Numbered from the stretch's first letter, positions 29,128 through 40,350 are shown. The stretch is 64,000 nt of DNA from Antedon mediterranea (GCF_964355755.1 NC_092673.1:22069648-22133647), one strand, 5' to 3'. The notes: generated by a model from the letters alone, not told the origin. Numbers and translations: made by a program.

Positions 29128-29191
29128 ATGTTTTCTAAAAAATGTTTGATTTTATCTTTACTTTGGACATTTTACCTATGTTCGGCTCAAG
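29128..29191 (+). other. Duplicated signal-peptide exon of the HYR gene (copy A), orphan or alternative first coding exon
   Basis: ATG...MFSKKCLILSLLWTFYLCSAQ G|gtaggc, phase 1; paralog of 32604-32670. Confidence 0.7.
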
Positions 29192-29634
29192 GTAGGCCTA
29201 GTAAGTTAAGTAATATACAAATAACGATCATTTCATAGTGATTTAGTTTTTGTGTTATCATCATTGTGAACCACTGTATAGTCTTACCATGCTTAAATGT
29301 TTTGCGTTTCTATAAAACAATTAATATTTTGTTACTGAATGGATAAAGAATATATCTAAAAATTGCATCCATCCCTCAACCCTAATGTTACACGCAAGAC
29401 ACAAATTAAGTTTATTTAAATTTGACTCAAACAATTGGTCTCATTTTGTGACAAGTTTCGCTTTCGGAAGTAATTCACAGTGTGCTCATTTTTAGTTTCT
29501 ATTTATTCGTTCCTGTAAACGACATGTATTATTGTACTGCGGTACGTATTTGAAATTTAACGCTGAAATTACTATGTATTCTTCTATTGCTGTCATTAAT
29601 ATCGGAACCTCATCGCTCAGTCCAAGAAAGGTAA

Positions 29635-31719
29635 TCACTTTTTTGCATAGCCTCTTGTTTGTAGTTCTGATTCTGTGACTTCCTCTTTTAAGATTTTAAT
29701 CAATGACTTAGTTGTTTCTATTATCTCTCCATCAGAAATCTTTTCTTCATTTGGCTTCAACCATTCCTCCATATAATCTATAATATCAGATGCCTTCCTT
29801 TTGTCGCCATTCTTTAAGGATACCTTAGTTTGTATATAAAATACAAGTGCGATTGGGTGCAAATAGATAAACCCTACTTCAGATGTTCCGGCAAGAAGTA
29901 GCAGCTTTTTGTCAGCTTCCCATACAGGCTTAGTAAAGAACATGGTAGGTTGTATTAATACACCGATCTGCCTGTTCATTGCTTGCACGCTTTCTGTCGT
30001 TATACGAAGATGTGGTTCAGCCTCTCTAAATATCTCTTTCAACGCATAATAATTCTCATTCTGATAATAATGTATTATTACAAGGGCTAAGCCACCAATT
30101 CCTTGGTCACTCCACTTGTCAGGAAAAACCATTTCATCTCCAAGCCTGTAGTATTCAATCGGCTTTTTCTTGTAAAGCTCCAATCTTTTAGCAGACACAT
30201 AATCAACTGTATTCCGCAAATACATCAACAAATAATTGTATACATTACCTAAATATCTGTACAAACGCTGAATAGACATTTTCTCATACCCTTTAGGTAC
30301 AACGTCTTCAATTCTACTAACTATCGGTAGTATCATTTCTTCTGGCAATCTGAGAATCTCCGAGGGGTGTCCTCTCTTTTCTATGAGTCCTTCGATAACG
30401 AAAAGTAAACTCTGAATATCTGGTCGTACCCATTGCGCAATTTGTATATACTCATATTTGTCGTACAGAGATCCTCCTGGGAGTAATTTGGTAATAGCCT
30501 TTTCAAGCTCTACTTCAGCCCTCGGGTGATATGTGAGATTTGCTTCCAATGTTTTGTAGTCATATACTTCATTGACTCCAGGGATGTCTAGGTTTTTGCA
30601 CATCGAGTTAATGGCATGGAGTTCGAACGAACCATGACCGACAGTGGACATCACAAATTCCCAAAGATCTGGGCTGTTTAACTCTTTTAATTTTCTTTGA
30701 ACCGTATCACACATTTTTCTTGGCAGATGACCAATCAAATTTTGTTTGGGAATGAAATAGTGAGGCAGAATTCTCTTTTGGTAACATTCAATGAGCCAAT
30801 CTAACACTTTTCTGATCAAATCGATGACGCTGTAAGATTCTGTATGTGGAAATGTTTCACACATCCACAAACACGCTGTCTTAATAAAATAAGAACAGAA
30901 TGGCGTTGGTCTGCCAGGATAATTTAGTTCCTTATTCTTGAGCGCCTTTAAAGCATACATGCATTTAGCAATTGGCCCACTAATTTCTTGAATGAGTTCT
31001 CTTTCGGATAAGGAAAATGACCACCTCCATTCGACATCCTTTGATTGGCTATCAGGGTGTGCTACAGCAACAACAAGACATCCTAAACTTAAGACTTTAC
31101 CTAACAGTTCTTGAGATGGCCAGTCGCTCTTCCTCTCTCTAGTGAAAAACTCATGAGTGACGGAAGGCCACGATTTGCATTTGATGCAAGGGACTGTGTC
31201 TTGGTTTCCTCGTGAAGGATGTATTTCTGAAATGGAAGTTGCTACTGATGGCCCGTGTACTTCTGTAGACCTACCTTCTTTTAGGCCACTATTATCTATC
31301 AAACTGCTGCATTTCAAGTATCCATCGTTATCAACACCGCCTCGTAATTGATGATTTAAATTATCTTTATCGACTACCTTAAGCTTTAGAAACGCTGGTT
31401 CTTTTTTAATTCCCTCAGCCATCACATATCCTCCTTGGTATTGATCTCCTTCAGTTGGAGATTGGCACAAAACAATGGGATAGTTAAAACTAGCTATCAT
31501 GACATCAACGTCGCCGCAGACTGTCCAAGGCATACCTTCATATGCACTTCCGGTTTGATATTCAAACCATTTCCAGATGCCTCTCATGGACAAACGTTCC
31601 CAACATTCCTGGTCAATTCTAGCTGAAGCGATAACAGCAAATCTCGCAGTCATGTTTAAGCCAATTATTGCATCGGCAAGTCTCTCCATTAAGGGTTGTA
31701 TATTGTTATTTTCTGCCAT
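29635..31719 (-). CDS. cGAS-like receptor (cGLR; Mab21/nucleotidyltransferase) with long helical C-terminal extension, 694 aa, single coding exon
   Basis: TGSAYEG...GDVDVM (G57/S58, D70, D72), HGPS, QDTVPC (D174), WP..R..WP, EWRWSFSLSERELI, SYFIKTACLW, LPHYFIPKQNL. These are canonical Mab21/cGAS motifs with the acidic catalytic triad intact. Confidence 0.92.
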   Translation of the reverse strand: MAENNNIQPLMERLADAIIGLNMTARFAVIASARIDQECWERLSMRGIWKWFEYQTGSAYEGMPWTVCGDVDVMIASFNYPIVLCQSPTEGDQYQGGYVMAEGIKKEPAFLKLKVVDKDNLNHQLRGGVDNDGYLKCSSLIDNSGLKEGRSTEVHGPSVATSISEIHPSRGNQDTVPCIKCKSWPSVTHEFFTRERKSDWPSQELLGKVLSLGCLVVAVAHPDSQSKDVEWRWSFSLSERELIQEISGPIAKCMYALKALKNKELNYPGRPTPFCSYFIKTACLWMCETFPHTESYSVIDLIRKVLDWLIECYQKRILPHYFIPKQNLIGHLPRKMCDTVQRKLKELNSPDLWEFVMSTVGHGSFELHAINSMCKNLDIPGVNEVYDYKTLEANLTYHPRAEVELEKAITKLLPGGSLYDKYEYIQIAQWVRPDIQSLLFVIEGLIEKRGHPSEILRLPEEMILPIVSRIEDVVPKGYEKMSIQRLYRYLGNVYNYLLMYLRNTVDYVSAKRLELYKKKPIEYYRLGDEMVFPDKWSDQGIGGLALVIIHYYQNENYYALKEIFREAEPHLRITTESVQAMNRQIGVLIQPTMFFTKPVWEADKKLLLLAGTSEVGFIYLHPIALVFYIQTKVSLKNGDKRKASDIIDYMEEWLKPNEEKISDGEIIETTKSLIKILKEEVTESELQTRGYAKK

Positions 31720-32603
31720 AGTTGCACTTTATCACGAACTAGCAGACGTCTGACTAACACAGTATGTACACATCATTATCATACTTATTTGAGTTTCTTC
31801 ATGGTTAGACTTTGTACCGTACAGGCTGCGAATGTTGATTTAAAAAAAAGATAAAAACAACCCTTAGAGGATAGAGAAATATATACAAATCACATATAGG
31901 TGATCTGTATTGCAGGTGTACGGTACATATACTAACGTTAATTCCGACTGTTGTCGCGCTATAGGTCAATGTTTAGGCCTATCATGAGTGTGTTCACTTG
32001 ATAATCCCGTCTACTTCTTAAAATGTTATTTAGGTCTACTTTGTGACCAGTTTATCTTATATCATTTGATGAAATACAATGAAATGTAATTGGACGCTCA
32101 TGTTTGCTTTACTGTCTAATAGACCTAAAAAAACTTCGACAAAGTTATATAGCTTATTCCTCGAATACACCACGTTTCAGTTCTTCATAATTTTTTTTAA
32201 AGATATTACAATTAGTTTCCTAATTGTAAAATACACAATCAATAAACAGCCAAATGGCACCGTAACGACTAAAAGGCTACCGAAACTAAAGGGAGAAGAT
32301 TACGTCATCTGATATTTTTGGCTCAACTGGGGAAGAGTGCTCACTCTTCCCTGGTTTAATATGCCATGAATACTTTAAATACGGTTCACCAACTCCTTGT
32401 AAGTTACAATACTCATCAGGCTAAACAAAGTTTGATACTGTACTACTCTTGTTGTTTTTTGTTGTTAGCTTTCATTTTATAAATAGTATAGTACACACGT
32501 GACTATACCTATGTAAAGTAAATGGAAACGTCACAGTGAGTGATATCTTTGCCGAGTTAGCATAATTATCATTTTATGTTCTACTCATTGATTATATTTT
32601 AAA

Positions 32604-35600
32604 ATGTTTTCTGAAAAATGTTTGATCTTATCTTTACTTTGGACATTTTACCTCTGTTCGGCTCAAGATAGTAAGTTATGTAATATACAAATAACGATCA
32701 TTTCATAGTGATTTAATCTTTGTGTTATCATCATTGTGAACCACTGCTTAGGCTTACCGTGCTTACATGTTTTACGTTTCTATAATCTTTTTCATAGAAT
32801 AAAAATGTACCTGATCATTATTGTGAATTTGAATTTGAATTACAGATGCGAGTCCCGTGTTGACGTGTCCGGCTTCTGTTAACATCAGTACAACTTCAAT
32901 TCATGCTACCGCCAACTGGATTGTAACCGTCACTGACAACGTTGATACTGATAACAGCAACATGTGATTTGAATTCTGGTTCTCTATTTACAATCGGTCA
33001 AACTATCATAACGTGTTTGGCAAGTGATTCTGCTGGTAATTTGGGTAGCTGTACCTTTAAAGTAAACGTTGGTAAGTAGGTCTATCTATATTTAATGGAG
33101 AAATTATGAAAAAATAATGTGCCCACACAGAATTGATGATCAGTGATATTGTGTTTGTTGGTTGAATTATTTCCCCCATTCTCTATTATATTGTTTGTTT
33201 TCTCTATCAGTTGACAAAGGAAATCCCAGTGTACAATGTCCTGGTGTTATCACTGCTGAAACTGGTTCTTCAAACCAAGCTAGAGTTGTCTGGTATCCAC
33301 CGTTCGTTACTGATAACCAGGACAATAATCTGATTGCAATCTGCACTCCTTCTTCTGGCGTATCGTTTGGTTTTGGTTCCACTACGGTTACTTGCATTGC
33401 TACTGACGCTGCCGGTAACGTTGGAAGCTGTAACTTTAGGGTAGACGTTATAGGTGAGTGATACTATTCAATTAACTTGTTTTGGTAACTTGTTTAACTC
33501 TATTGGACAATTATACCATACCAGCGAGAACGATACACTAGAACACAAACATGAAATGGCGCATATGTTACTCTCCCTGATAGATCTTTCATTAGTTAAT
33601 GATCAAAATCCTGAACATAATATTCATTTAATTATATTTCAACAATTTTTAAGATAACGCTCCGCCGAATATAACATGCTGTAATGACATCTATGTTGGT
33701 AAGGATCCAATTATATGGCTAGTTGATGTTCATTGGACGTATCCAATAGTCAATGACAATATTGATATTTCTCCGGAAACTACTTGTCGAAGGTATGCAC
33801 ACCACGAGGAAGCAAATCAACCAGCTGTATTGGACGTTGGAACTTATACATATGCGTGTACTGCTAAAGATTCTGCTGGAAATAGTGCAACCTGTACATT
33901 TGTAATCGCTGTCATTAGTAAGTTCTAGATTGTAGGGAGGCCAAAAGCCTTCATGATTTCAGAGCTTAACACCTTCTTGGGAACCTCTCATAATCGTGCA
34001 GCTTTTATTTTTGGATTTTAAATAGCATTGTCACTCTGCCATTCGAAGCCAAAACCAAAACAATATATTATAAATAAAATAGAGGCCTACTGAAAACCAT
34101 AATACAAAACAACAGATGATTTAAATTTAGATTAGCCTGGACAAGTCAGAGGATTTTTGCGTTTAAAAACATTGGTCACGGGTCACGAGACGCGCTAAAA
34201 GTTTGGCATTTCGTCGACCAAAGTGGTGGCTCCAAAATTAGCCCGATAAGACGGATAAACCCGATATTTCGCAATGTATAAAAGCACCTTCACATCATAT
34301 TATACGTGACTCTCATGAAAGTATAAATCGATTTTGTAGGCCTTAAGAGAGTTGGTTCAGTTCATAGTTGAGATTATTTAGAGGGTTAGGTTCAGTTCAT
34401 AGTTGAGATTATTAAGAGATTTGGGTTCAGTTCATAGTTGAGATTATTTATAGGGTTAGGCTCAGTTCATAGTTGAGATTTTTTAGATGGTTAGGTTTCT
34501 CCATGCATGTATTTACTGGAATATCATATATTTTTGGTTCATTTATAGACGATTCAGTAAGTCCCACTGTTAGTTGCCCTATTGATATGCATGTCAAATC
34601 ATCAGGAACAACTGTAGCGGTGAATTGGGATGATCCAGTAGTCAGTGACAACATTGACATTGCCTTATCCACTTATTGTTCACCGTCATCAGGCTCGTTG
34701 TTTACTCAAGGGTTGGCCGTTGTGCAGTGTTACAGTACCGACGATGCTGCTAATGTGGGGAGTTGTGCTTTTCAAGTTAACGTCACCTGTAAGTCTATTT
34801 TTTGTTTTTCATACGACGATCTTATCTAAATAAATAAATCGGGGTTTTAAGTACCACAGCACGACCAGGGGTGTATGGGTTAAACAAATAAGTCCATGTG
34901 AATTATTTAAAAGACATACAGAGTGGGACCACGTGCGACGCCCATAATGGTCATTATCTATCATCAACCACCCGATTTTACAGCTGTAATAAATACGTCT
35001 TAACTAACTATCGCAAGTCATACAAATCTATTAAAAATAACAACAACGATAATATTGAATAGACAGGATGGTTTGTGCTAATCGGGACTTTTTGAATTGT
35101 AACAGAGTGTCAACTCCTGACACACAGCACACGCAAACACACCCCTCCCCCAATCGCTCTAAATTGTATTTGCTTTGTTTCGTTAAAGTTGTAGAAGACC
35201 ATGTTGACCCAACCGTGGTATGTCCAAATGATATCAGCACGAGCACAACGTCAAGTGTTGCTACTCCGACATGGGATGTAACCGTTACAGACAACGTGGA
35301 TGCACATGTAGTAGCTACCTGTGTACCTAATTCTGGTTCAGTGTTCAATATCGGTGAAACGACCGTAACTTGTTCGGCAACTGATACGGCTGGCAATTCC
35401 GATAGTTGTATCTTTAAAGTTACAGCTTTATGTAAGTTGCATACATTGTAAACATTCTTTAGTATTCAGAAAATAACAGTCATTTGTCTGCTGTTAATTA
35501 GGAATCATTATACTGTATAACATTTTATTTTGGTCACAGAAATAGAAATCAAATATTAGGCCTACAAATAATGTATTAGCCTTTACAGCCTTTTTGTTAC

Positions 35601-36409
35601 CGTAACCCTCTAGTTATCGAGAATGGTGGTACTGGTGAAGACGATGACAATGGTGACGACGATGGCAATGGTGGCGACGATGGCAATGGTGGCGACGATG
35701 GCAATGGTGGCGACGAAGACAATAGGGAAGTCAAAGATAATACTGAAGTCAAAGGTGATGACTTTACAGAGGACAGCAGTAAAAATGATAATACTTCATC
35801 AGTCAACTTGAATGTGATTATTGGTGCTGGCATTGGCCTATGCGCCTTCACGTTATTGGTAGTTCTTCTCATATTCAGGTAATTTAGATAGAAGGGCGCG
35901 CGTAGGCCTATATCTGTCATCACCCTTCAGACTGGCAGCCAATCAGAATGTACAGCGCCGGTAATTGTCATTAAAAGCTCTCTCTTTTCATGTTTTACTG
36001 AAAATAATAAATAAATATATCATATAAGTGCACAATCTATGAGATCCATGGTTAAACCATGGAGGTATAACTCTATGGTTAAACAGAACATTCTTCTCCT
36101 ACAAGTACGTTTTTAGCGGCCTTCTTGAATTAATTTAATTTTGTTTAATTTGATAGGTTTTACTATTCTTATAAGAAAGAATTGCTGAAATCTAGAACCA
36201 CGACAAGTGATAGTATTGGAACCACGACAAGTGATAGTATTGGAACACGGACGTACACTACACCAATTTCAGACGACACGTTCGTGCGCTACGTAGGATA
36301 TGAACATCGCCTTCCAAATTCTGATGGACTATACGATTCCGTGAATTTGAGAGTTCCGTCAACGACGTATGCAGATAACCACTCATATGTTTCTGTGGAC
36401 GATAATTAA
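32604..36409 (+). CDS. Hyalin-repeat (HYR) type I membrane protein: signal peptide, 5 HYR domains, Gly/Asp linker, TM, Tyr-rich tail; frameshift in the first HYR exon
   Basis: Exons 32604-32670 (signal peptide), 32846-33071 (HYR1, 2-bp deletion at ~32950), 33211-33453, 33654-33917, 34549-34788, 35189-35431 (HYR; P.v.CP...W...V.DN.D...C.A.D.AGN...C.F.V.V), 35614-35878 (TM VIIGAGIGLCAFTLLVVLLIF), 36157-36409. GT-AG, phase-consistent. Confidence 0.8.
34344..34495. repeat. 35-bp tandem repeat, ~4 copies (intronic)
   Basis: gg(t/c)tcagttcatagttgagatt starts at 34354, 34389, 34424 and 34459. Confidence 0.85.
36058..36077. mobile_element. Tiny P-element-like remnant/footprint
   Basis: catggaggtataactctatg flanked by a perfect 7-bp direct repeat gttaaac (36051-36057, 36078-36084); the left end matches the element at 431. 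Confidence 0.6.
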
Positions 36410-37364
36410 TAGTCCCAATCATTTTTTAAAGGTTATGATGAGGGCGGAGGTTGTAGTGGAGGTATGCCGAAGTTCGATCGTATAGAATAGATATGCTTTA
36501 ATCTGCAACGACCTATGAACAAGTTATGTCATTCATCATATTATATTATAACTGCTTAAATGACATTATCTTATGCGAAAAAATTAGAAACTGTGTTTCT
36601 TAACACTTGTCTTGTTGAAATGAACATAATTTCCAAAGTTTACCAAAATCGGACATCAGGAAGTGGGTTAATTAGCATAAATTAAAAATGGCCACTACAG
36701 ATATATTGTCACCCTTAAAAATAATTCCTAAATTATTCTTGTTGGTGTTGTTGAAAAGGGCCTATGCCATTTTAATGTCACATAATAGTTATCCACTATA
36801 ATCCAATATTATCCAATGATATCGACCAACCGACCAAAATTGCTTAAAAATGTTGAAAATGTTTGAAACATTTATATTTTTTTAATTTACACATTTCACT
36901 TTTGACGTGCTCGTATAACGTAATTTCGAGTTGGAAAGTGAATCAAATATGATGACATTATTAAAGAAAGCTTGTAAAACAGAAATCGGGCAAAAAGAGT
37001 GCGTATTAACGTTTTAACGTGCAGTGCGTGTGCAAAAATCTGCGCATTCATTGCAATTTTTTAAACGCTTAAAATTGCCTTAAACGTACTCTAATTTACA
37101 TAAGCCTGCTCAAAAATAAAAATATATGCAAATATTCGGTGGTGGTTAGCTTGATTCTCAATTGGAAGCAATTCGCAATAGCGTAAGCGCGTATGAGTAA
37201 TTTGACCAATATAAATTATGGATCATCCAAACTGTCCCTTGTGATTGGTCAACTCACTGGCATTGTGCCAATGTCGTTGCATGGGAACCAAGCTTGAGAG
37301 AATGTGTGCTGGTTAACCTAAAAGGCATCTCATAAATAAAGTTTTTCTGAACATTACACTGTAC

Positions 37365-40350
37365 CTTAGGAATATTGAAGACAATTTTAACAGGCTCTTC
37401 AAACACGGGTGGAAGGCTTTCGTCATACACATTGGCTGATGAATAACACTCGATAATTTGAGATCTTGATAACTCGACGACTGGAACAATTTTGAATTGT
37501 AATATGATGTAAAACTCACGTTGGACCACATATTATCTGTTTAAAATAATAAATGTGTATCATGGGGCAACACAATATACTGTACTGTAGTAATTTCGGC
37601 ATACAGTAGCATTAACACTAGTACTTTCGCGTAATTAAACTGTATTTAACGAGTATGTATACTTATGTAGAGGTAGGCCTATCTAAATGCAACCAGATCA
37701 CGTGGTATTCTGATAGACTGGTCATAGGCGCTAACGACAATCAACACATATCTAAGGTTATCAAAGTAAAAACTCAGTAAGTAACTTAAAATAATCCTAT
37801 ACGTACTGTTAGCAGATCATGTGGTAAAGTTATGGATTGGTAATCCCCACATCCTCCATCAACGCAAACCTCAGTCTCTTTCTTATCTTGCCCAGTGAAT
37901 ACAACATCATGTCTAAGATTATCCGAGTCAAAACTTAAAGTCTGCACAGACAGCGTTTCTTTATTTTGGGTAAAATGCTGCCCATCAGAGGCTGCCGTAC
38001 TAATTTGCTGCTCCAAAGACTCAAGGATGGCAGAGGTTGTCTCAAGAGGGAGATCAGTCTCTGATGAATCAGATGAGAGCACTGAATCTACAGTATCAAC
38101 TACAGCATCCGTGACCTGGAATCACAGTCATAGCACAGTATAATGAACGGTTTCCAATAACACTGTGCCCTAAAGGCTTTTGATATACTTCTTAACTTAA
38201 CACAAATAATAACATACTGTATATAAACTATATATAGGAGGATGCTAAACTAGTTCATTGATTTGGCATCAGAGTTGAGAGAATAAAACAAATAATACAA
38301 ACCTCTAGATGGTTTTTTAACCGATGGAAATGTACTTGTTAGTCCTACAGTTGTATCTATCTCAACAGTGGCTTGCTGTAACATTGTTCCTGATTCTGTT
38401 GTAAACGGTAGAAACGTTTTTGGTTCTAAAGTTGTTGCGTCTGTCTCAACAGTGGCTTGCTGCAACATTGTTCCTGATTCTGTTGTAAACGATGGAAACG
38501 TTTTTGGTTCTACAGTCGTAGTGTCTGTCTCAACAGTGGTGTGCTGCAACATTGTTCCTGATTCTGTTGTAAACGATGGAAACGTTGTTGGTTCTACAGT
38601 TGATATATCTGTCTCAGCAGTGGCTTGATGCAACGTTGTTCCTGATTCTGTGGTAGACGATGGAAACGTTGTTAGTTCTACAGTCGTAGTGTCTGTCTTA
38701 ACAATGGTTTGCTGCAACGTTGTTCCTGATTCTCTTGTAAACGATGGGTACGTTGTTGGTTCTAAAGTTGTTGTGTCTGTCTCAACAGTGGTCTGATGCA
38801 ACGTTGTTCCTGATTCTGTTGTAAACGATGCAAACGTTGTTGGTTCTAAAGTTGTTGTGTCTGTCTCAACAGTGGCTTGCTGCAACGTTGTTCCTGATTC
38901 TGTTGTAAACGATGGAAAGATTGTTGGATCTACAGTTGCTATATCTATCTCAGCAGTGGCTTGCTGCAACGTTGTTCCTGATTCTGCTGTTGTAATCTGT
39001 GGAAGAATTGTTGGTTCTACAGTCGTAGTGTCTGTCTCAACAGTGGTTTGCTGCAATGTTGTTCCTGATTCTGCTGTTGTAATCTGTGAAAGAGTTGTTG
39101 GTTCTACAGTTATTGTATTTGTCTCATTAGTTGTTAGCTGCAACGTTGTGCCTGATTCTATTGTAAACGATGGGAACGCTATTGAGTCTACAGTTGTTGT
39201 GTCTGTCTCAACAGTGATTTGCTGCAACGTTGTTTCTGATTCTGTTGTAAATGGTGGGAACGTTGTTGGTTCTATACAGTTGTATCTGTCTCAACATCAG
39301 TTATTTGCTGTAACGTTGTTCCTGATTTTGTTGTAAACGATGAGAAAATTGTTGGTTCTACAGTCGTAGTGTCTGTCTCAACAGTGGTGTGCTGCAACGT
39401 TGTTCCTGATTCTGTGGTAAACGATGAGAAAGTTGTTGGTTCTACAGTCGTAGTGTCTGTCTCAACAGTGGCTTGCTGCAACGTTGTTCCGGATTCTGTG
39501 GTAAACGATGAGAAAGTTGTTGGTTCTACAGTCGTAGTGTCTGTCTCAGCAGTGGCTTGATGCAACGTTGTTCCGGATTCTGTGGTAAACGATGGAAACG
39601 TTGTTGATTCTACAGTCGTAGTGTCTGTCTCAACAGTGGTTTGCTGCAACGTTGTTCCTGATTCTGTTGTAAACGATGGAAACGTTGTTGGTTCTACAGT
39701 TGTTGCATTTGTCTCATTAGTAGTTTGCTGCAACGTTGTTCCTGATTCTGTTGTAAACGATGGAAACGTTGTTGGTTCTACAGTTGTTGCATTTGTCTCA
39801 TTAGTAGTTTGCTGCAACGTTGTTCCTGATTCTGTTGTAAACGATGGAAACGTTGTTGGTTCTACAGTTGTTGCATTTGTCTCATTAGTAGTTTGCTGCA
39901 ACGTTGTTCCTGATTCTGTTGTAAACGATGGAAACGTTGTTGGTTCTACAGTTGTTGCATTTGTCTCATTAGTAGTTTGCTGCAACGTTGTTCCTGATTC
40001 TGTTGTAAACGATGTAAACGTTGTTGGTTCTACAGTTGTTGCATTTGTCTCATTAGTAGTTTGCTGCAACGTTGTTCCTGATTCTGTTGTAAACGATGGA
40101 AACGTTGTTGGTTCTACAGTTGTTGCATTTGTCTCATTAGTAGTTTGCTGTAACGTTGTTCCTGATTCTGTTGTAAACGATGTAAACGTTGTTGGTTCTA
40201 CAGTTGTTGCATTTGTCTCATTAGTAGTTTGCTGTAACGTTGTTTCTGATTCTGTTGTAAACGGGGTAAACGTTGATGGAAACGGTGGGGTCGTAGAAGC
40301 TGGAGTTGTTATTTGGAACAAATTGGTTGTGGGAAAATTCGTTAGAGCAT
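37365..40350 (-). pseudogene. Truncated adhesion-GPCR paralog: mucin-like stalk exon plus two GAIN-domain exons, no GPS/7TM seen
   Basis: Exons ~38303-40350 (Thr-rich repeats, frameshift at ~39272-39283), ~37803-38115 (homolog of 61539-61857) and 37365-37536 (homolog of 60651-60817, 1-bp deletion at ~37440). Confidence 0.75.
38335..40275 (-). repeat. Coding 84-bp (28-aa) tandem repeat, ~23 copies, mucin-like
   Basis: Unit ESGTTLQQTTNETNATTVEPTTFPSFTT; period 84 nt (e.g. 39721 to 39805). Confidence 0.92.

Larger units (their letters stand above)
24779..32785. repeat. Tandem segmental duplication: copy A 24779-29315 (includes the CR1 insertion), copy B 29595-32785
   Basis: Direct homology runs from attaatatc(a/g)gaacctcatcgctcagtc to cgtttctataa in both copies. 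It covers the cGLR ORF, the intergenic region and the signal-peptide exon of the HYR gene. Confidence 0.95.

Noticed and set aside
27086-31719. RT next to a cGAS-like gene as a retron/CBASS-like bacterial operon
   Set aside because: The RT is a 5'-truncated CR1 LINE with TSD and tail, and it is absent from the duplicate copy: a recent insertion, not a partner gene.
28657-32312. Paired ORFs MKCNWTLMFALL (28657-29052, 32079-32312)
   Set aside because: They lie in the duplicated intergenic region, their lengths differ through a frameshifting indel, and no domain is recognisable.
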